64,000 nucleotides of DNA from Candidatus Latescibacterota bacterium. Its GTDB lineage: Bacteria > Latescibacterota > UBA2968. Positions 29,982 to 39,614 of the stretch are shown here, piece after piece. Position 1 is the stretch's first letter. Each line of letters starts with the position of its first letter. The notes below the pieces were generated by a model. The model had not been told where the DNA came from and did no database searches. It worked only from the letters and a program-made list of their open reading frames with translations. Location of the stretch: positions 288,001 to 352,000 of the forward strand of contig OZ220741.1 in the NCBI GenBank assembly GCA_965116885.1, given 5' to 3'. Both the position numbers and the translations under genes were made by a program.

Positions 29982-30872
29982 ATGTCATTGACACAAAATC
30001 AAATTAACCAGTATCGCGATCGGGGATTTTTGATTGCGGAAAATGTATTAGATGACGCGGCCTTTGAGCCGATTGAACACGCTTATGACGTATTGATCAA
30101 TCAAAAGGCACAAGAACTATTGGAAGAAGGGGCGATCTCATCCGTACATGCAGACAAGTCCTTCAGCCATCGCTTAGCCGCGATTGCACGGGAATTAGAC
30201 GATGAAGGATATGACGCACTGCGCAGTTTTGCGGGTGGATTCGATATCATGCGCGCGCGTGTGAAACCGATGTTCGACATCTTCTTCAACGAACAATTAT
30301 TATCCGCCGTTGAAAGCCTCATAGGACCAGAAATAACCCTGAGCCCCATTCAGCACTTCCGGCCCTACTTGCCCGCGCGAGAAACACAACCCGGACAGGT
30401 ACCCTGGCACCAGGACCAGGGCGTAACAAAAGAAGAAGCGGACATCTCGGAAATCATAACCTGCTGGATACCACTCGTAGATGTCACCCCAGAACGCGGG
30501 TGCTTACAAGTATTGCCGGGCGTAGTACCCCTGGGACTGCTGGAACACCAGCGCGAAGGCGGCACCATGATCAAACCCATGTACATGCCGGAAATAGAAT
30601 CCGTAAACTGCATCATGAAACGCGGAGACGTACTCATGATGAGTGCGTACACCCCGCATAGAGGGCAACCAAACCACTCCAATCTGGTGCGCTGGAGCAT
30701 GGACCTGCGATTCCAAAAAACGGGCACACCTACGGGACGTCCATTCTGGCCCGAATTTATCGTCCAGAGCAAAGAAAATCCCGCATCTGTACAAAACAGC
30801 TTTGACGAATGGTGTACGCGGTGGATAACGGACCTGCGCGAGAGCAAAGGCACCCATCTACATCGGGTATGA
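29982..30872 (+). CDS. Phytanoyl-CoA dioxygenase (PhyH) family protein
   Basis: AGGAG RBS; YRDRGF, PWHQD, WIPLVD, GCLQVLPG, TPHRG, RWSMDLRF. Confidence 0.88.
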   Translation: MSLTQNQINQYRDRGFLIAENVLDDAAFEPIEHAYDVLINQKAQELLEEGAISSVHADKSFSHRLAAIARELDDEGYDALRSFAGGFDIMRARVKPMFDIFFNEQLLSAVESLIGPEITLSPIQHFRPYLPARETQPGQVPWHQDQGVTKEEADISEIITCWIPLVDVTPERGCLQVLPGVVPLGLLEHQREGGTMIKPMYMPEIESVNCIMKRGDVLMMSAYTPHRGQPNHSNLVRWSMDLRFQKTGTPTGRPFWPEFIVQSKENPASVQNSFDEWCTRWITDLRESKGTHLHRV

Positions 30873-30878
30873 CGTAGC

Positions 30879-30941
30879 GGGCGGGCACAGGGGCACCGCC
30901 CCTACAAACACTGGATCGCGGCTCAAAACCATGCCGCGATG
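30879..30941. repeat. GTAG REP plus a second-family hairpin between convergent genes
   Basis: GGGCGGGCACAGGGGCACCGCCCCTAC then GGATCGCGGCTCAAAACCATGCCGCGATG; a relative of the second hairpin is at ~28016-28037. Confidence 0.75.
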
Positions 30942-30965
30942 ATAGGGGACACAGAGACCTACCCC

Positions 30966-31769
30966 TCATTCAAACGGAATATCATCCGCATTAAAAACCT
31001 GCGTGCGTTTCATCATGCGGCGTTCCGATGGAGGAAAGGGCTCGCGGCGATGCATCGTGGGGCGATTATCCCACATCACAAGATCGCCAACCTGCCAGAT
31101 ATGGGTCCATAAAAATTCGGGACGTGCGGCGTGTGCAAAAAGCGCCTTGAGAAGCGCGTCGCTCTCATCGGTGGGCATATCGAGAATATATTTGGTCAGA
31201 TGGGGACCTGCATAAAGCGACTTGCGCCCGGTTTCTGGATGGGTGCGCACGACCGGATGGTCAACGCGTTCGGGTGGGTTTTGTTCCTCAACATAATGGC
31301 GATGCACGGCTCGCAATCCCGTGAGCCGTTTTTTCATATCTTCATCTAACGCTTCATACGCGGCATAACAATTGCACCACTGGGTATTGCCCCCTGCACT
31401 GGGAATCTCAAGCGCGTAGAGAACGGAAATCGTGCCGGGCCGCTTAAGATACGACAAATCGGAGTGAAAGCTAACCTCTCCATCGCCCAGAGCACCGATG
31501 GGCTGGCCGTTCTCTTCAATATTGGAAACAATAAAAATCTCTTTGTGTTCCCGGTCGAGTTGTTTGCGAACGTGTTCTACCGCACGGCCAAAATAATTGG
31601 TAAAACGAATCTGATCTTCCTCGCTCAAATCCTGATCGCGAAAATACACAACACAGTAATCGAGCAACGCCTGGCGAATAGCCTGAACGGTATCATCATC
31701 GAGTCCCTGCGAAAGATCAAGCCCCCGAATTTCAGCGCCCAGTGCGCCGCCAGAAGGTATAACTTGCAT
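30966..31769 (-). CDS. TauD/TfdA family dioxygenase
   Basis: LGAEIRGLDL, FHSDLSY, HPVVRTHPETGRK, WDNRPTMHR. Confidence 0.92.
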   Translation of the reverse strand: MQVIPSGGALGAEIRGLDLSQGLDDDTVQAIRQALLDYCVVYFRDQDLSEEDQIRFTNYFGRAVEHVRKQLDREHKEIFIVSNIEENGQPIGALGDGEVSFHSDLSYLKRPGTISVLYALEIPSAGGNTQWCNCYAAYEALDEDMKKRLTGLRAVHRHYVEEQNPPERVDHPVVRTHPETGRKSLYAGPHLTKYILDMPTDESDALLKALFAHAARPEFLWTHIWQVGDLVMWDNRPTMHRREPFPPSERRMMKRTQVFNADDIPFE

Positions 31770-31782
31770 AGTTCGTACCACC

Positions 31783-32613
31783 TCACCTATCAGGCCATTT
31801 ATACGCGACCTTTGCATTCTTCCAAAAATACTTCTCCAGCACCGCGTCACCCTTTTGAGAAAAATAATCATACACAAGGCGTTGTGCCTCAGCCGGGGTG
31901 CGCTTGCTGCGTTCGAGAACAGGCCAATCACTGCCGTAAATCACGCGATCTTCACCAAAAAGCTGCCAGAGCGCGTCGAGCAAATAGACATAAAAGTCGG
32001 GCTCTGTGGGTGCCGGAATAACCTGACAGCGCAAATCCATCAGACCCGACACCTTACAAAAAATATTGGGTTGTTCGGCGGCTTTTTGCATAAGCTCCAA
32101 ATGCTCGGGGGCAATGGGATTGCCATCTGCCGGAATATTGCCGCAGTGATTGATCACAATGCGGAGATCGGGCAACCGACGCGCGATTTCGATAACCGCC
32201 TCATTGACCCCCGAATCGAGTTCGAGATCGCGTTCGACGAGCTTCTCAAAAGCACCTGCCATCTCGCCCAAATCTTCGCGCTCCCAGGGATGAGTGCGCG
32301 GGCGAATACCCAAAAAGAGCGGATTGGGAGATAGGCGATTGAGATGATCGCCAAAATCCTCAGCCCGCGGATCGAGATTGCCAACCAGCCCCACGATAAA
32401 CGGATCATCTTCAATCACATCGAGCACCCACTGGTTGTCTTCGACCCATGTACTCGCCTCGACAATAATAGCCCCCGTAACACCTTCAGACGCGACCAGC
32501 GCTCTGTAGTCTTCGGGCATAACGCGGCGATAAATCTCGTCATCAGGTTCGGGAAAGGGCACACCCTCTGGACGAGTGGGATCGTAAATATGGATATGCG
32601 TATCAATAATCAT
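31783..32613 (-). CDS. Amidohydrolase_2 family protein (lactonase-like)
   Basis: IIDTHIH, VINHCG, CKVSG, YGSDWPV. Confidence 0.88.
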   Translation of the reverse strand: MIIDTHIHIYDPTRPEGVPFPEPDDEIYRRVMPEDYRALVASEGVTGAIIVEASTWVEDNQWVLDVIEDDPFIVGLVGNLDPRAEDFGDHLNRLSPNPLFLGIRPRTHPWEREDLGEMAGAFEKLVERDLELDSGVNEAVIEIARRLPDLRIVINHCGNIPADGNPIAPEHLELMQKAAEQPNIFCKVSGLMDLRCQVIPAPTEPDFYVYLLDALWQLFGEDRVIYGSDWPVLERSKRTPAEAQRLVYDYFSQKGDAVLEKYFWKNAKVAYKWPDR

Positions 32614-32624
32614 TCATCACTCCT

Positions 32625-33506
32625 CTATAATGCTACTTCATCTATGTCCATATGCTCGCGCAACCGCCCGAGCGCGCGGTCTTTGAGCTGGCGCACGCGC
32701 TCGCGGCTAATGTGAAAACGCTTGCCCACTTGCTCCAGCGATTCCGCGTTATCGACATCCAGGCCAAAATAGCGATTGATAATCTCGGCTTCGCGTTCGG
32801 GCAAATCGGCCAGACCCTTGTGCAAAAGATCGCGCAATCGGCTGGCATGCACATCCTCATCTGGCAGGGGCGCATCGTCGGGAACAACATCGGCAAACTG
32901 ACGGTCACCATCTTCATATACTGGCCTGTCGAGTGAGACAGACGCCAGGCTCGTTTGAAGTGCCTTGCGCACCCGTCGAGTTGAAAAATCGGTTTCCGAA
33001 GCCAACTCGTCAATCGTGGGAACGCGACCATATGTTTGTGAAAGTGCGGCAGACACTTTGTTGAGCACATCGCGATCATCTATTTGATTGACCGGAAACG
33101 CAATCGGATGCGTCTGCCGATTGAGAGCAGAGAGCATGGCCTGGCGAATCCACCACACTGCATAAGTGATAAACTTGTACCCGCGCTCGGGATCATAGGT
33201 TTGGGTAGCGCGTATAAGGCCCATATTGCCCTCGGCAATAAGATCGGAAAGAGGCAACCCACGCCCCGTGTATTCACCAGCCACGCGCACAACAAAACGC
33301 AAATTGGCTGTAATGAGATGATTCAGCGCCTTTTGATCGCCCTTGCGCGCGGCATTTATGGCTTTGACCTCATCTTCGCGGGAAAGAGGTGTGTATTTGC
33401 GAATATCGCGCAAATAAAGATCTGTAAGCTGTGCTTGCGAAGAATCATCCAAAGGGGAATCGCTTCCCGTTAAGGAATCTACTGATTTTTTTTGTTCTTT
33501 TTTCAT
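32625..33506 (-). CDS. Sigma-70 factor of RpoD/SigA type lacking region 1.1 (group 2-like)
   Basis: YLRDI, ANLRFVV, DLIAEGNMGL, KFITYAVWWIRQ, SLEQVG..ISRERVRQ; ATGA overlap with the MerR gene. Confidence 0.9.
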   Translation of the reverse strand: MKKEQKKSVDSLTGSDSPLDDSSQAQLTDLYLRDIRKYTPLSREDEVKAINAARKGDQKALNHLITANLRFVVRVAGEYTGRGLPLSDLIAEGNMGLIRATQTYDPERGYKFITYAVWWIRQAMLSALNRQTHPIAFPVNQIDDRDVLNKVSAALSQTYGRVPTIDELASETDFSTRRVRKALQTSLASVSLDRPVYEDGDRQFADVVPDDAPLPDEDVHASRLRDLLHKGLADLPEREAEIINRYFGLDVDNAESLEQVGKRFHISRERVRQLKDRALGRLREHMDIDEVAL

Positions 33507-33985
33507 AGCTTTAATTCCAGTGTCTCGGCAGTTGATGGGGAATGAAAAAATGGTACGGACTGACACGTCGGTTGGTTGAGCGTTTGACACGCTGGACAGA
33601 GACGCTCTTCAACTCTGAGATCACAGGGCAAACACGCGCAGATACTGGCTATGGTTTGGGTCAGCGTTTTGCGTATATGCTTGTAGTGTTCAATCTGTTC
33701 TTCGACTTCTTTAAGCCGGTCATTGAGATCTTCGAGAATATCATGCGCGAGTTCGCCTGCGGTTTTATTTTGCTCGCGTTTGTCAATAATGACCTTGATA
33801 TGTTCGAGATCAAATTCCATCTCTTTCAGACTCAAAATCATGCGCAACCGCGCAAGTTGCTCGTGGGAATAACATCGAAAACCACCGCTACTTCGGCATT
33901 CGGGATATATCAGACCCATCTCTTCGTAATAGCGCACTGTGCGGGTGGTCGTACCGGCTTCTTTCGCCAATTTCCCAATATGCAT
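33503..33985 (-). CDS. MerR-family regulator with a Cys-rich C-terminus
   Basis: MHIGKLA, RTVRYYEEMGLI, RSSGGFRCY; tail CACLPC...CPAC...C. Confidence 0.9.
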   Translation of the reverse strand: MHIGKLAKEAGTTTRTVRYYEEMGLIYPECRSSGGFRCYSHEQLARLRMILSLKEMEFDLEHIKVIIDKREQNKTAGELAHDILEDLNDRLKEVEEQIEHYKHIRKTLTQTIASICACLPCDLRVEERLCPACQTLNQPTCQSVPFFHSPSTAETLELKL

Positions 33986-34044
33986 CAAACCATCATTGCA
34001 TTTTGACACGACAAAACACCTCGTTTTTATGAGCGAAACAGACA

Positions 34045-34133
34045 AACTTTGACGTTACGTTAAAGTTGGGCAAAAAAATATACCTCAACACAACATCAAT
34101 GTCAACGAAAAACTTTGACGTTACGTTAAGGTT
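34045..34133 (-). promoter_or_regulatory. Sigma70 promoter flanked by two 23-bp palindromic operators
   Basis: TTGACA (34105-34100), 17 nt, TATATT (34082-34077); AACTTTGACGTTACGTTAAAGTT at 34045-34067 and AACTTTGACGTTACGTTAAGGTT at 34111-34133. Confidence 0.85.
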
Positions 34134-34176
34134 TGGCAATCATCCATCAGCCCGTCCTGCTTCCGCCCCTTAATTC

Positions 34177-35352
34177 TCAATGGTGGAACAAACGCACCCC
34201 GGTTATAACCAGAAGCATACCGTATTCATCGCAGGCAGCGATAACATCGTCGTCGCGCACCGAACCTCCGGTCTCAACCACGTATTTGACACCTGTGCGA
34301 GCGGCGCGATCAATATTATCTCGAAAAGGGATAAACGCATCGGAACTGAGCACAATATTGTCCATCTGTCCAATCCAACCTCGCCTCGCGTCCTCGCTCA
34401 AAAACAGAGGTACCGTATCGAAACAACCTTCCCAAACCCGACGTTCCTCATCGGTCATATTGCCGCGCAAATAAGCTTCAATAGCATTGATCTTTTCGGG
34501 GCGTCTCAGACCTCTTCTAAATTTGAAATTGAGAATATCCGGATGCTGGCGCAAATACCACGCTTCGGCTTTCCCTGCGGCAATATCCGTACATGCCAGA
34601 CGATTTTGCTGCCCGGCACCATTGCCAATAACCTGTCCATCAAAGGCAAAACACATAGAATTGGATTGCGTGTACTTCAAAGCAATAGTCGCCAGGAGCA
34701 TATCGCGCTGTGCTTCGGAAGACACTTCTTTATTTTTTGTCACAATATTCGTTAAAATATCTGTGTTAATAGCTTTGGTATTGCGCGTCTGTTCCAGAAC
34801 AACGCCGAAAACATCGCGAGTCTCCGGACCAGCAGGTGCGTATGATTCATCCATCTGGAGAATAACATAACTACCGCCCTTTTTCTTCTTGAGAATATCG
34901 AACGCCTCCGGTTGATACCCCGGAGCAATAATGCCATCGGACACTTCGCGGCTGAGCAAGCGCGCAGTCGATTGATCCACCTCATCACTCAAAGCCACCC
35001 AATCGCCAAAAGAAGAGAGCCTATCCGCACCCCGAGCGCGGGCATAAGCCGTAGCCAGAGGCGAAAGATCGAGATCATCGACAAAATACGCCCTTTGCAA
35101 AGCGTCAGACATGGGAACCGCAACAGCCGCACCAGCGGGGCTTAAGTGCTTAAAAGAGGCAGCTGCTGGCAAACTGAGCACCTCTTTAAGCTCGCGCACG
35201 AGTTGCCAGGAATTGAGCGCATCGAGCAGATTGATATAACCCGGCGCGCCATTGAGCACTGTGAAGGGCAATTTGCCGCTGGGAGAATACGCACGCGCAT
35301 CAGATTGATGCGGGTTGCAACCATAACGAAGAATCAGTCCATCTTGAGACAT
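34177..35352 (-). CDS. purH: Stand-alone AICAR formyltransferase (PurH-like, lacking the IMP cyclohydrolase domain)
   Basis: LRYGCNPHQ, GYINLLDA, SFKHLSPAG, KYTQSNS, SSDAFIPFRD, GGSVRD, RLFHH; 391 aa. Confidence 0.9.
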   Translation of the reverse strand: MSQDGLILRYGCNPHQSDARAYSPSGKLPFTVLNGAPGYINLLDALNSWQLVRELKEVLSLPAAASFKHLSPAGAAVAVPMSDALQRAYFVDDLDLSPLATAYARARGADRLSSFGDWVALSDEVDQSTARLLSREVSDGIIAPGYQPEAFDILKKKKGGSYVILQMDESYAPAGPETRDVFGVVLEQTRNTKAINTDILTNIVTKNKEVSSEAQRDMLLATIALKYTQSNSMCFAFDGQVIGNGAGQQNRLACTDIAAGKAEAWYLRQHPDILNFKFRRGLRRPEKINAIEAYLRGNMTDEERRVWEGCFDTVPLFLSEDARRGWIGQMDNIVLSSDAFIPFRDNIDRAARTGVKYVVETGGSVRDDDVIAACDEYGMLLVITGVRLFHH

Positions 35353-35372
35353 AAGACAATCCTTTTAAAAAT

Positions 35373-35403
35373 AAAAAAAGCCCAATCCTCTAATGGATTG
35401 AGC
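35373..35403 (-). terminator. Riboswitch expression-platform terminator
   Basis: GCTCAATCC-ATTAGA-GGATTGGGC followed by a U tract; overlaps the aptamer 3' end. Confidence 0.8.
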
Positions 35404-35480
35404 CCAGGCGATCGACCCTTTGAATATTTGTTCTAACGCTCCCCTCCGGTCATTTCCGGATATTCGCCAGTTGCGTCAGA
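35402..35480 (-). ncRNA. ZMP/ZTP (pfl) riboswitch
   Basis: TCTGACGCAACTGGCGAA..CCGG..CCGGAGGGGAGCGTTAGA, linker, GTCGATCGCCTGGGC; GGCG/CGCC pseudoknot; upstream of purH; promoter TTGACA-17-TATATT at 35525-35497. Confidence 0.9.
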
Positions 35481-35531
35481 TACTATTATTAGAACCAATA
35501 TAACGGGAGACTACATATATGTCAACAGCCA

Positions 35532-36743
35532 TCAACTCGGCCCTCTGTCAGCACCCGATACAATTTGCGTTGCACCTGTTTCAGTAATCACAAAACAAAG
35601 CAATTGCTCGGGGTCAGCCAGATCGAGAACAACGGGCGAATGCGTGGTGGTCAAAATTTGGGAACGCGCTCTATCCTCGTGCTGTGCTACCGCACTGAAT
35701 GCTTTAAAGACCGCTTCTACGGCGCCAGAATGAAGGCCGTTTTCTGGGACTTCAAGCAAACATATCCCATCGCTATCGGGCACATAAGCCAGCAATGTTA
35801 GAGCCAGCAATCGCAGGGTCCCATCGGACAACATCCACGACGGTGTCTCGAGATCATTGTGGTGATTAACCACGAGATAACAGTGTTGATCTTCGGGACG
35901 CACAACCGTGTAAACAGCGGATAAACCCGGCAAAACAGTGCGCAACATCTCCAGCCAGGCCGCATGCCTGCCCGGCTCATTTTCTTGCAGGGCAGAGACC
36001 ACCCAGGGCAGATTGGCACCATCGGACAACAGATTGTGTGGTTGCCCCGGCGGACTGGGGCGGCGAATGCCTTCTCCGTTGAAATCGAATTTGCGAATGC
36101 CGTATGAAAGAACGTGTTTGAGCCATGTTGCAATGGGAAAACGCGCTTCATCTTCGGGCAAATTGCCCAGTGCCGAACGCCTCGCACCGAGCTTGAAAGA
36201 AGGATCCCATCCCGCACCGGATTCATCGTAAAATTTATCATTGCCACCGGGCACTTTATTGACAATGGTCTTGACGCCGCGCAGCCTGGGCGTCGCCAGA
36301 GTTTGCGGTGTGGGGTCTTCTACGGCAAAGAGCGATTCTTGAACAGCGCGATCATCTCGCTGAATATCTGTGAGCAAAAGCACCCGCTCGGACAGAATCT
36401 CGACTTCACCATTTTCTTCGGTCACGCCAATAGCGACTTCGTATCGACACCGCGAAAAATTCCGATCTGAAAACAGATTGGATTCAGGTGCAGGCACAGA
36501 CAATTCAACAGCAATTTCAAATCGATCTGCAAAACCGTGCCAGGTCAGATCGCGCAAATCATTCGCCCGGTCATAAATAGCGGCATCGAGACCATCGCGC
36601 ACAAAATCTCCCAAAAACGCAATCGCATCGAGAAAGGTCGTCTTACCACTGCCATTGGCACCAACCAGCATGTGAAAAGGCGCGAGATCCTGTTCGATAT
36701 GACGCAAACACTGATAATAAAGAGTTTCAAGACGCTGGATCAT
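35532..36743 (-). CDS. AAA_21-type ATPase, possibly degenerate
   Basis: VGANGSGKTT, LSDGTLR, LEVPENGLH (atypical Walker B), TTHSP. Confidence 0.78.
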   Translation of the reverse strand: MIQRLETLYYQCLRHIEQDLAPFHMLVGANGSGKTTFLDAIAFLGDFVRDGLDAAIYDRANDLRDLTWHGFADRFEIAVELSVPAPESNLFSDRNFSRCRYEVAIGVTEENGEVEILSERVLLLTDIQRDDRAVQESLFAVEDPTPQTLATPRLRGVKTIVNKVPGGNDKFYDESGAGWDPSFKLGARRSALGNLPEDEARFPIATWLKHVLSYGIRKFDFNGEGIRRPSPPGQPHNLLSDGANLPWVVSALQENEPGRHAAWLEMLRTVLPGLSAVYTVVRPEDQHCYLVVNHHNDLETPSWMLSDGTLRLLALTLLAYVPDSDGICLLEVPENGLHSGAVEAVFKAFSAVAQHEDRARSQILTTTHSPVVLDLADPEQLLCFVITETGATQIVSGADRGPS

Positions 36744-36757
36744 GTGGAACTCCTGTA

Positions 36758-38063
36758 GTGATTACTCCCAACGCTAAAGCTCTCTGCGAGTGGGCTTCTT
36801 GGCGGTCAAACCGCCTGACTTTGTAATCCCAAAGTCAATATGTTTATCGCAGCATTGAGGTCTCTGTCTGCTGTATAGCCACACTTCTTGCAATGATGCA
36901 CACGATCAGAGAGTGCTTTCTTTTCGCGGTGTCCACAAGAAGAACAATCTTGTGAGGTGTGTTTAGGATCAACGGCCTTGAATCCAATACCAGCTTCTTC
37001 CGCTTTGTATTCGAGACAATGCCGAAACAGTGACCACGCTGCATCTGAGATGCTTTTTGATAAACGACGATCCTTTTGCATCTTTTTAGCGTCTAACTTT
37101 TCTGTTGCAACAAAGCCATACTTATTGACGATTTTGCGAGCTTCTTGATGCACAAAATTATGTCTTCTATTACGGATACGCTCATGCACTCTGGCAACAG
37201 TCTTACGCGCTTTCTCACGTTTCTTTGGCGACGCTTTTTTCACTTTATCCCACTTGCGCTGTGCTTTGGCAAGCACCTTTTCCTCTTTTTGAAAAAAGCG
37301 AGGATTAGCTATCTTTGTCTCGTCAGAAAACATAGCAAAATTATCAAGCCCCACGTCAATGCCAACGGCGGGATCAGCGTCTGTTTTATCAGGCGCGTCG
37401 CCTATATCACAAGAGATAGTAGCAAACCACTTGCCCGTCGCCGTGCGCCTGAGCGTGCAAGACTTAGGCATACCCTCAAGTGGTCTGTGCTGGACAACCC
37501 GAATACAGCCTATTTTGCCCAATCGCAAGCCCTTCCCGTCCAATCGGCATCCATTGAAAAACTGAGGATATGTCATAGAGTCAAACCGATTCTGCCCCTT
37601 GTATCTGGGAAAGCCTGCTTTCTCGCCCGTCTTTGACCTCTCTTTGAGACGGCGAAAAAATCCCTTGAATGCCCAATCTACTCTCTGGCATACTTGCTGA
37701 AGAACTTGAGAGTGTATGTTAGCAAAAGATTGACGCTGTTGTTTCAGCATTGGCAATGTCGCTTGTTGCTCATAGCGCGACAAACTTTCTTTGTTCTTTT
37801 CCCATGCTTGGACTCTTGCACAGACAAGTTGGTTATACAGCAAGCGACATTCTTCAATGTGCGCCGTCAGGATTTTCTCCTGTTTTTTTGTCGGGCGCAG
37901 TCTGTATTTTAAGGACTTAAGCATAATAAAAATATACAGTTATGAAAATATTTTGTCAACCTGTTTTTCGTGGAATGAGCGGACGAGTCTTAATGACTCA
38001 CCGCCCACATCGCCCTGTGCGATGTGACCCCAGGCTAAAGCATTTGGGACTTACGGGCTATTT
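36758..38063 (-). mobile_element. Non-autonomous IS200/IS605 (IS1341-like) element carrying tnpB only
   Basis: Left-end hairpin GTCCCAAATGCTTTAGCCTGGGG after TTAAC; right end GAAGCCCACTCGC..CTTTAGCGTTGGGAGTAATCAC; no tnpA. Ends are approximate. Confidence 0.75.
36806..37924 (-). CDS. tnpB: RNA-guided endonuclease TnpB
   Basis: KYRLRPT, GFPRYK, RuvC-I VGIDVG, RuvC-II TEKL, Zn ribbon CSSC/CKKC, RuvC-III DRDLNAAINI; promoter TTGACA-17-TATATT just upstream. Confidence 0.95.
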   Translation of the reverse strand: MLKSLKYRLRPTKKQEKILTAHIEECRLLYNQLVCARVQAWEKNKESLSRYEQQATLPMLKQQRQSFANIHSQVLQQVCQRVDWAFKGFFRRLKERSKTGEKAGFPRYKGQNRFDSMTYPQFFNGCRLDGKGLRLGKIGCIRVVQHRPLEGMPKSCTLRRTATGKWFATISCDIGDAPDKTDADPAVGIDVGLDNFAMFSDETKIANPRFFQKEEKVLAKAQRKWDKVKKASPKKREKARKTVARVHERIRNRRHNFVHQEARKIVNKYGFVATEKLDAKKMQKDRRLSKSISDAAWSLFRHCLEYKAEEAGIGFKAVDPKHTSQDCSSCGHREKKALSDRVHHCKKCGYTADRDLNAAINILTLGLQSQAV

Positions 38064-38112
38064 GTTAAGTTAGAAGCATATTACATGACAGAAAGAGAGG
38101 CGTCAAGAGCAA

Positions 38113-38847
38113 ATGCAATCAAAAAAAACAGTCCTGATCACCGGCGCAACAGACGGGATTGGCCGGGCACTTGCAAAAATCTATCGGACGCGCGGAGACA
38201 GGTTAGTACTGGTGGGCAGACGTACACTGGACACACTCAATGATGCGTTGTACACCAAAGACACATATTGTCGCGCAGATCTATCGCAGAATGATTGTAC
38301 AAAGCGGGTATGCGCATTTCTAAACGCGCAAAAAATCGACGCCATAGACCTGGCGATTCAAAATGCTGGCACCGGATATTTTGGACCTATCGCAGAACAA
38401 AGTGCGGAAAGCATTCGAGAGATCGTAGCAGTCAACCTGATGGCGCCCTTGCGCTTGACGCACGCCCTGATTCCATACCTGAAAAAAACCAACGGAAAAC
38501 TCGTACTCATCGGCTCAATCACACATGCCTTCCCCTGTCCCGATTACGCCGTGTACGCAGCCAGCAAAGAAGCCCTCAACACCCTGGGACGCAATTTGCA
38601 AATCGAGGGCGACATAAATGTACAGATCATTCACCCGGGAGCGACGCGCACGGGCTTGCATCGAAAAATTGGCGTGAACAACGAAAAGACAAAGGGATTT
38701 CCGTCCGCAGAAAGGGTCGCCCAAAAAATCACACAGGCGATAGATGGACGGCGTTTTATCGCGACAATTGGATGGAGAAATGCATGGGCGCGATTTTTGG
38801 GGCACTATTGCGAAGGCATAGTCAACGCCATAGTGCGAGCAACGTGA
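38113..38847 (+). CDS. Short-chain dehydrogenase/reductase
   Basis: TGATDGIG, QNAG, YAASK, HPGATRT. Confidence 0.9.
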   Translation: MQSKKTVLITGATDGIGRALAKIYRTRGDRLVLVGRRTLDTLNDALYTKDTYCRADLSQNDCTKRVCAFLNAQKIDAIDLAIQNAGTGYFGPIAEQSAESIREIVAVNLMAPLRLTHALIPYLKKTNGKLVLIGSITHAFPCPDYAVYAASKEALNTLGRNLQIEGDINVQIIHPGATRTGLHRKIGVNNEKTKGFPSAERVAQKITQAIDGRRFIATIGWRNAWARFLGHYCEGIVNAIVRAT

Positions 38848-39590
38848 AACACGCGGTCATAACAGGCGCGGCGCACGGAATCGGCAAAGCACTTGCCCAT
38901 CGCTTTGCACAGGCGGGATATACCATAACGGGCGTGGATATAGATGCCGCGGGCGCGGTGAAAGTCGAGCGGGAATTGGATGCGCGATTTGTCATTGCAG
39001 ACCTGCGCTCAGAAGCAGGCATCGCCCGTGCTCTCACCAAACTAACCCAGGAAAAACCAATTGACGTATTGATACACAACGCAGGCATCAACGCCGTCGG
39101 ACGATTCCCCGACATAAGCATAGAAGCTCAAGAATACGTAATCGCCGTAAACCTCTACGCACCGATGCGACTCACAGCGGCATTACTCAAAGCTGACCTG
39201 ATAGCAAAAGGTGCGTCCATAGCCTTCATCTCCTCCCTTTCCCACTACACGAGCTATCCAGGTGCTGCAACTTATGCCGCGACCAAAAGCGGATTGGCCT
39301 CCTACGCACGCAGTTTATCCATCGCTCTCGCGCCGCAGAATATTCACGTCACAACAATTTTTCCCGGCCCAACGCGCACAGCCCATGCGCGGCGTCACAG
39401 CCCGCACAACACACGCGAAGAAAAACGCATGCCACCCGAAAAATTGGCGCACCACATCTTTCGAGGCATAAAAAAGAAAAAGCACCTGATCATACCAGGT
39501 GCTACCAATCGAATGCTCGCCCGCCTGGGCAAATACTGCCCGCCCCTGATGGCGTATGCGATGCGTAAGGTGATTTTGGAAAAGTTGTGA
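38844..39590 (+). CDS. Short-chain dehydrogenase/reductase
   Basis: GTGA overlap start; TGAAHGIG, HNAG, YAATK, FPGPTRT. Confidence 0.9.
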   Translation: MKHAVITGAAHGIGKALAHRFAQAGYTITGVDIDAAGAVKVERELDARFVIADLRSEAGIARALTKLTQEKPIDVLIHNAGINAVGRFPDISIEAQEYVIAVNLYAPMRLTAALLKADLIAKGASIAFISSLSHYTSYPGAATYAATKSGLASYARSLSIALAPQNIHVTTIFPGPTRTAHARRHSPHNTREEKRMPPEKLAHHIFRGIKKKKHLIIPGATNRMLARLGKYCPPLMAYAMRKVILEKL

Positions 39591-39614
39591 AATCTTTTGA
39601 CTCTTGACCCGCCT

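Noticed and set aside
38295..38843. 431-aa SDR ORF with a long N-terminus
   Set aside because: The extension is an alternate frame of the upstream SDR; GTG at 38844 gives a normal GTGA overlap.
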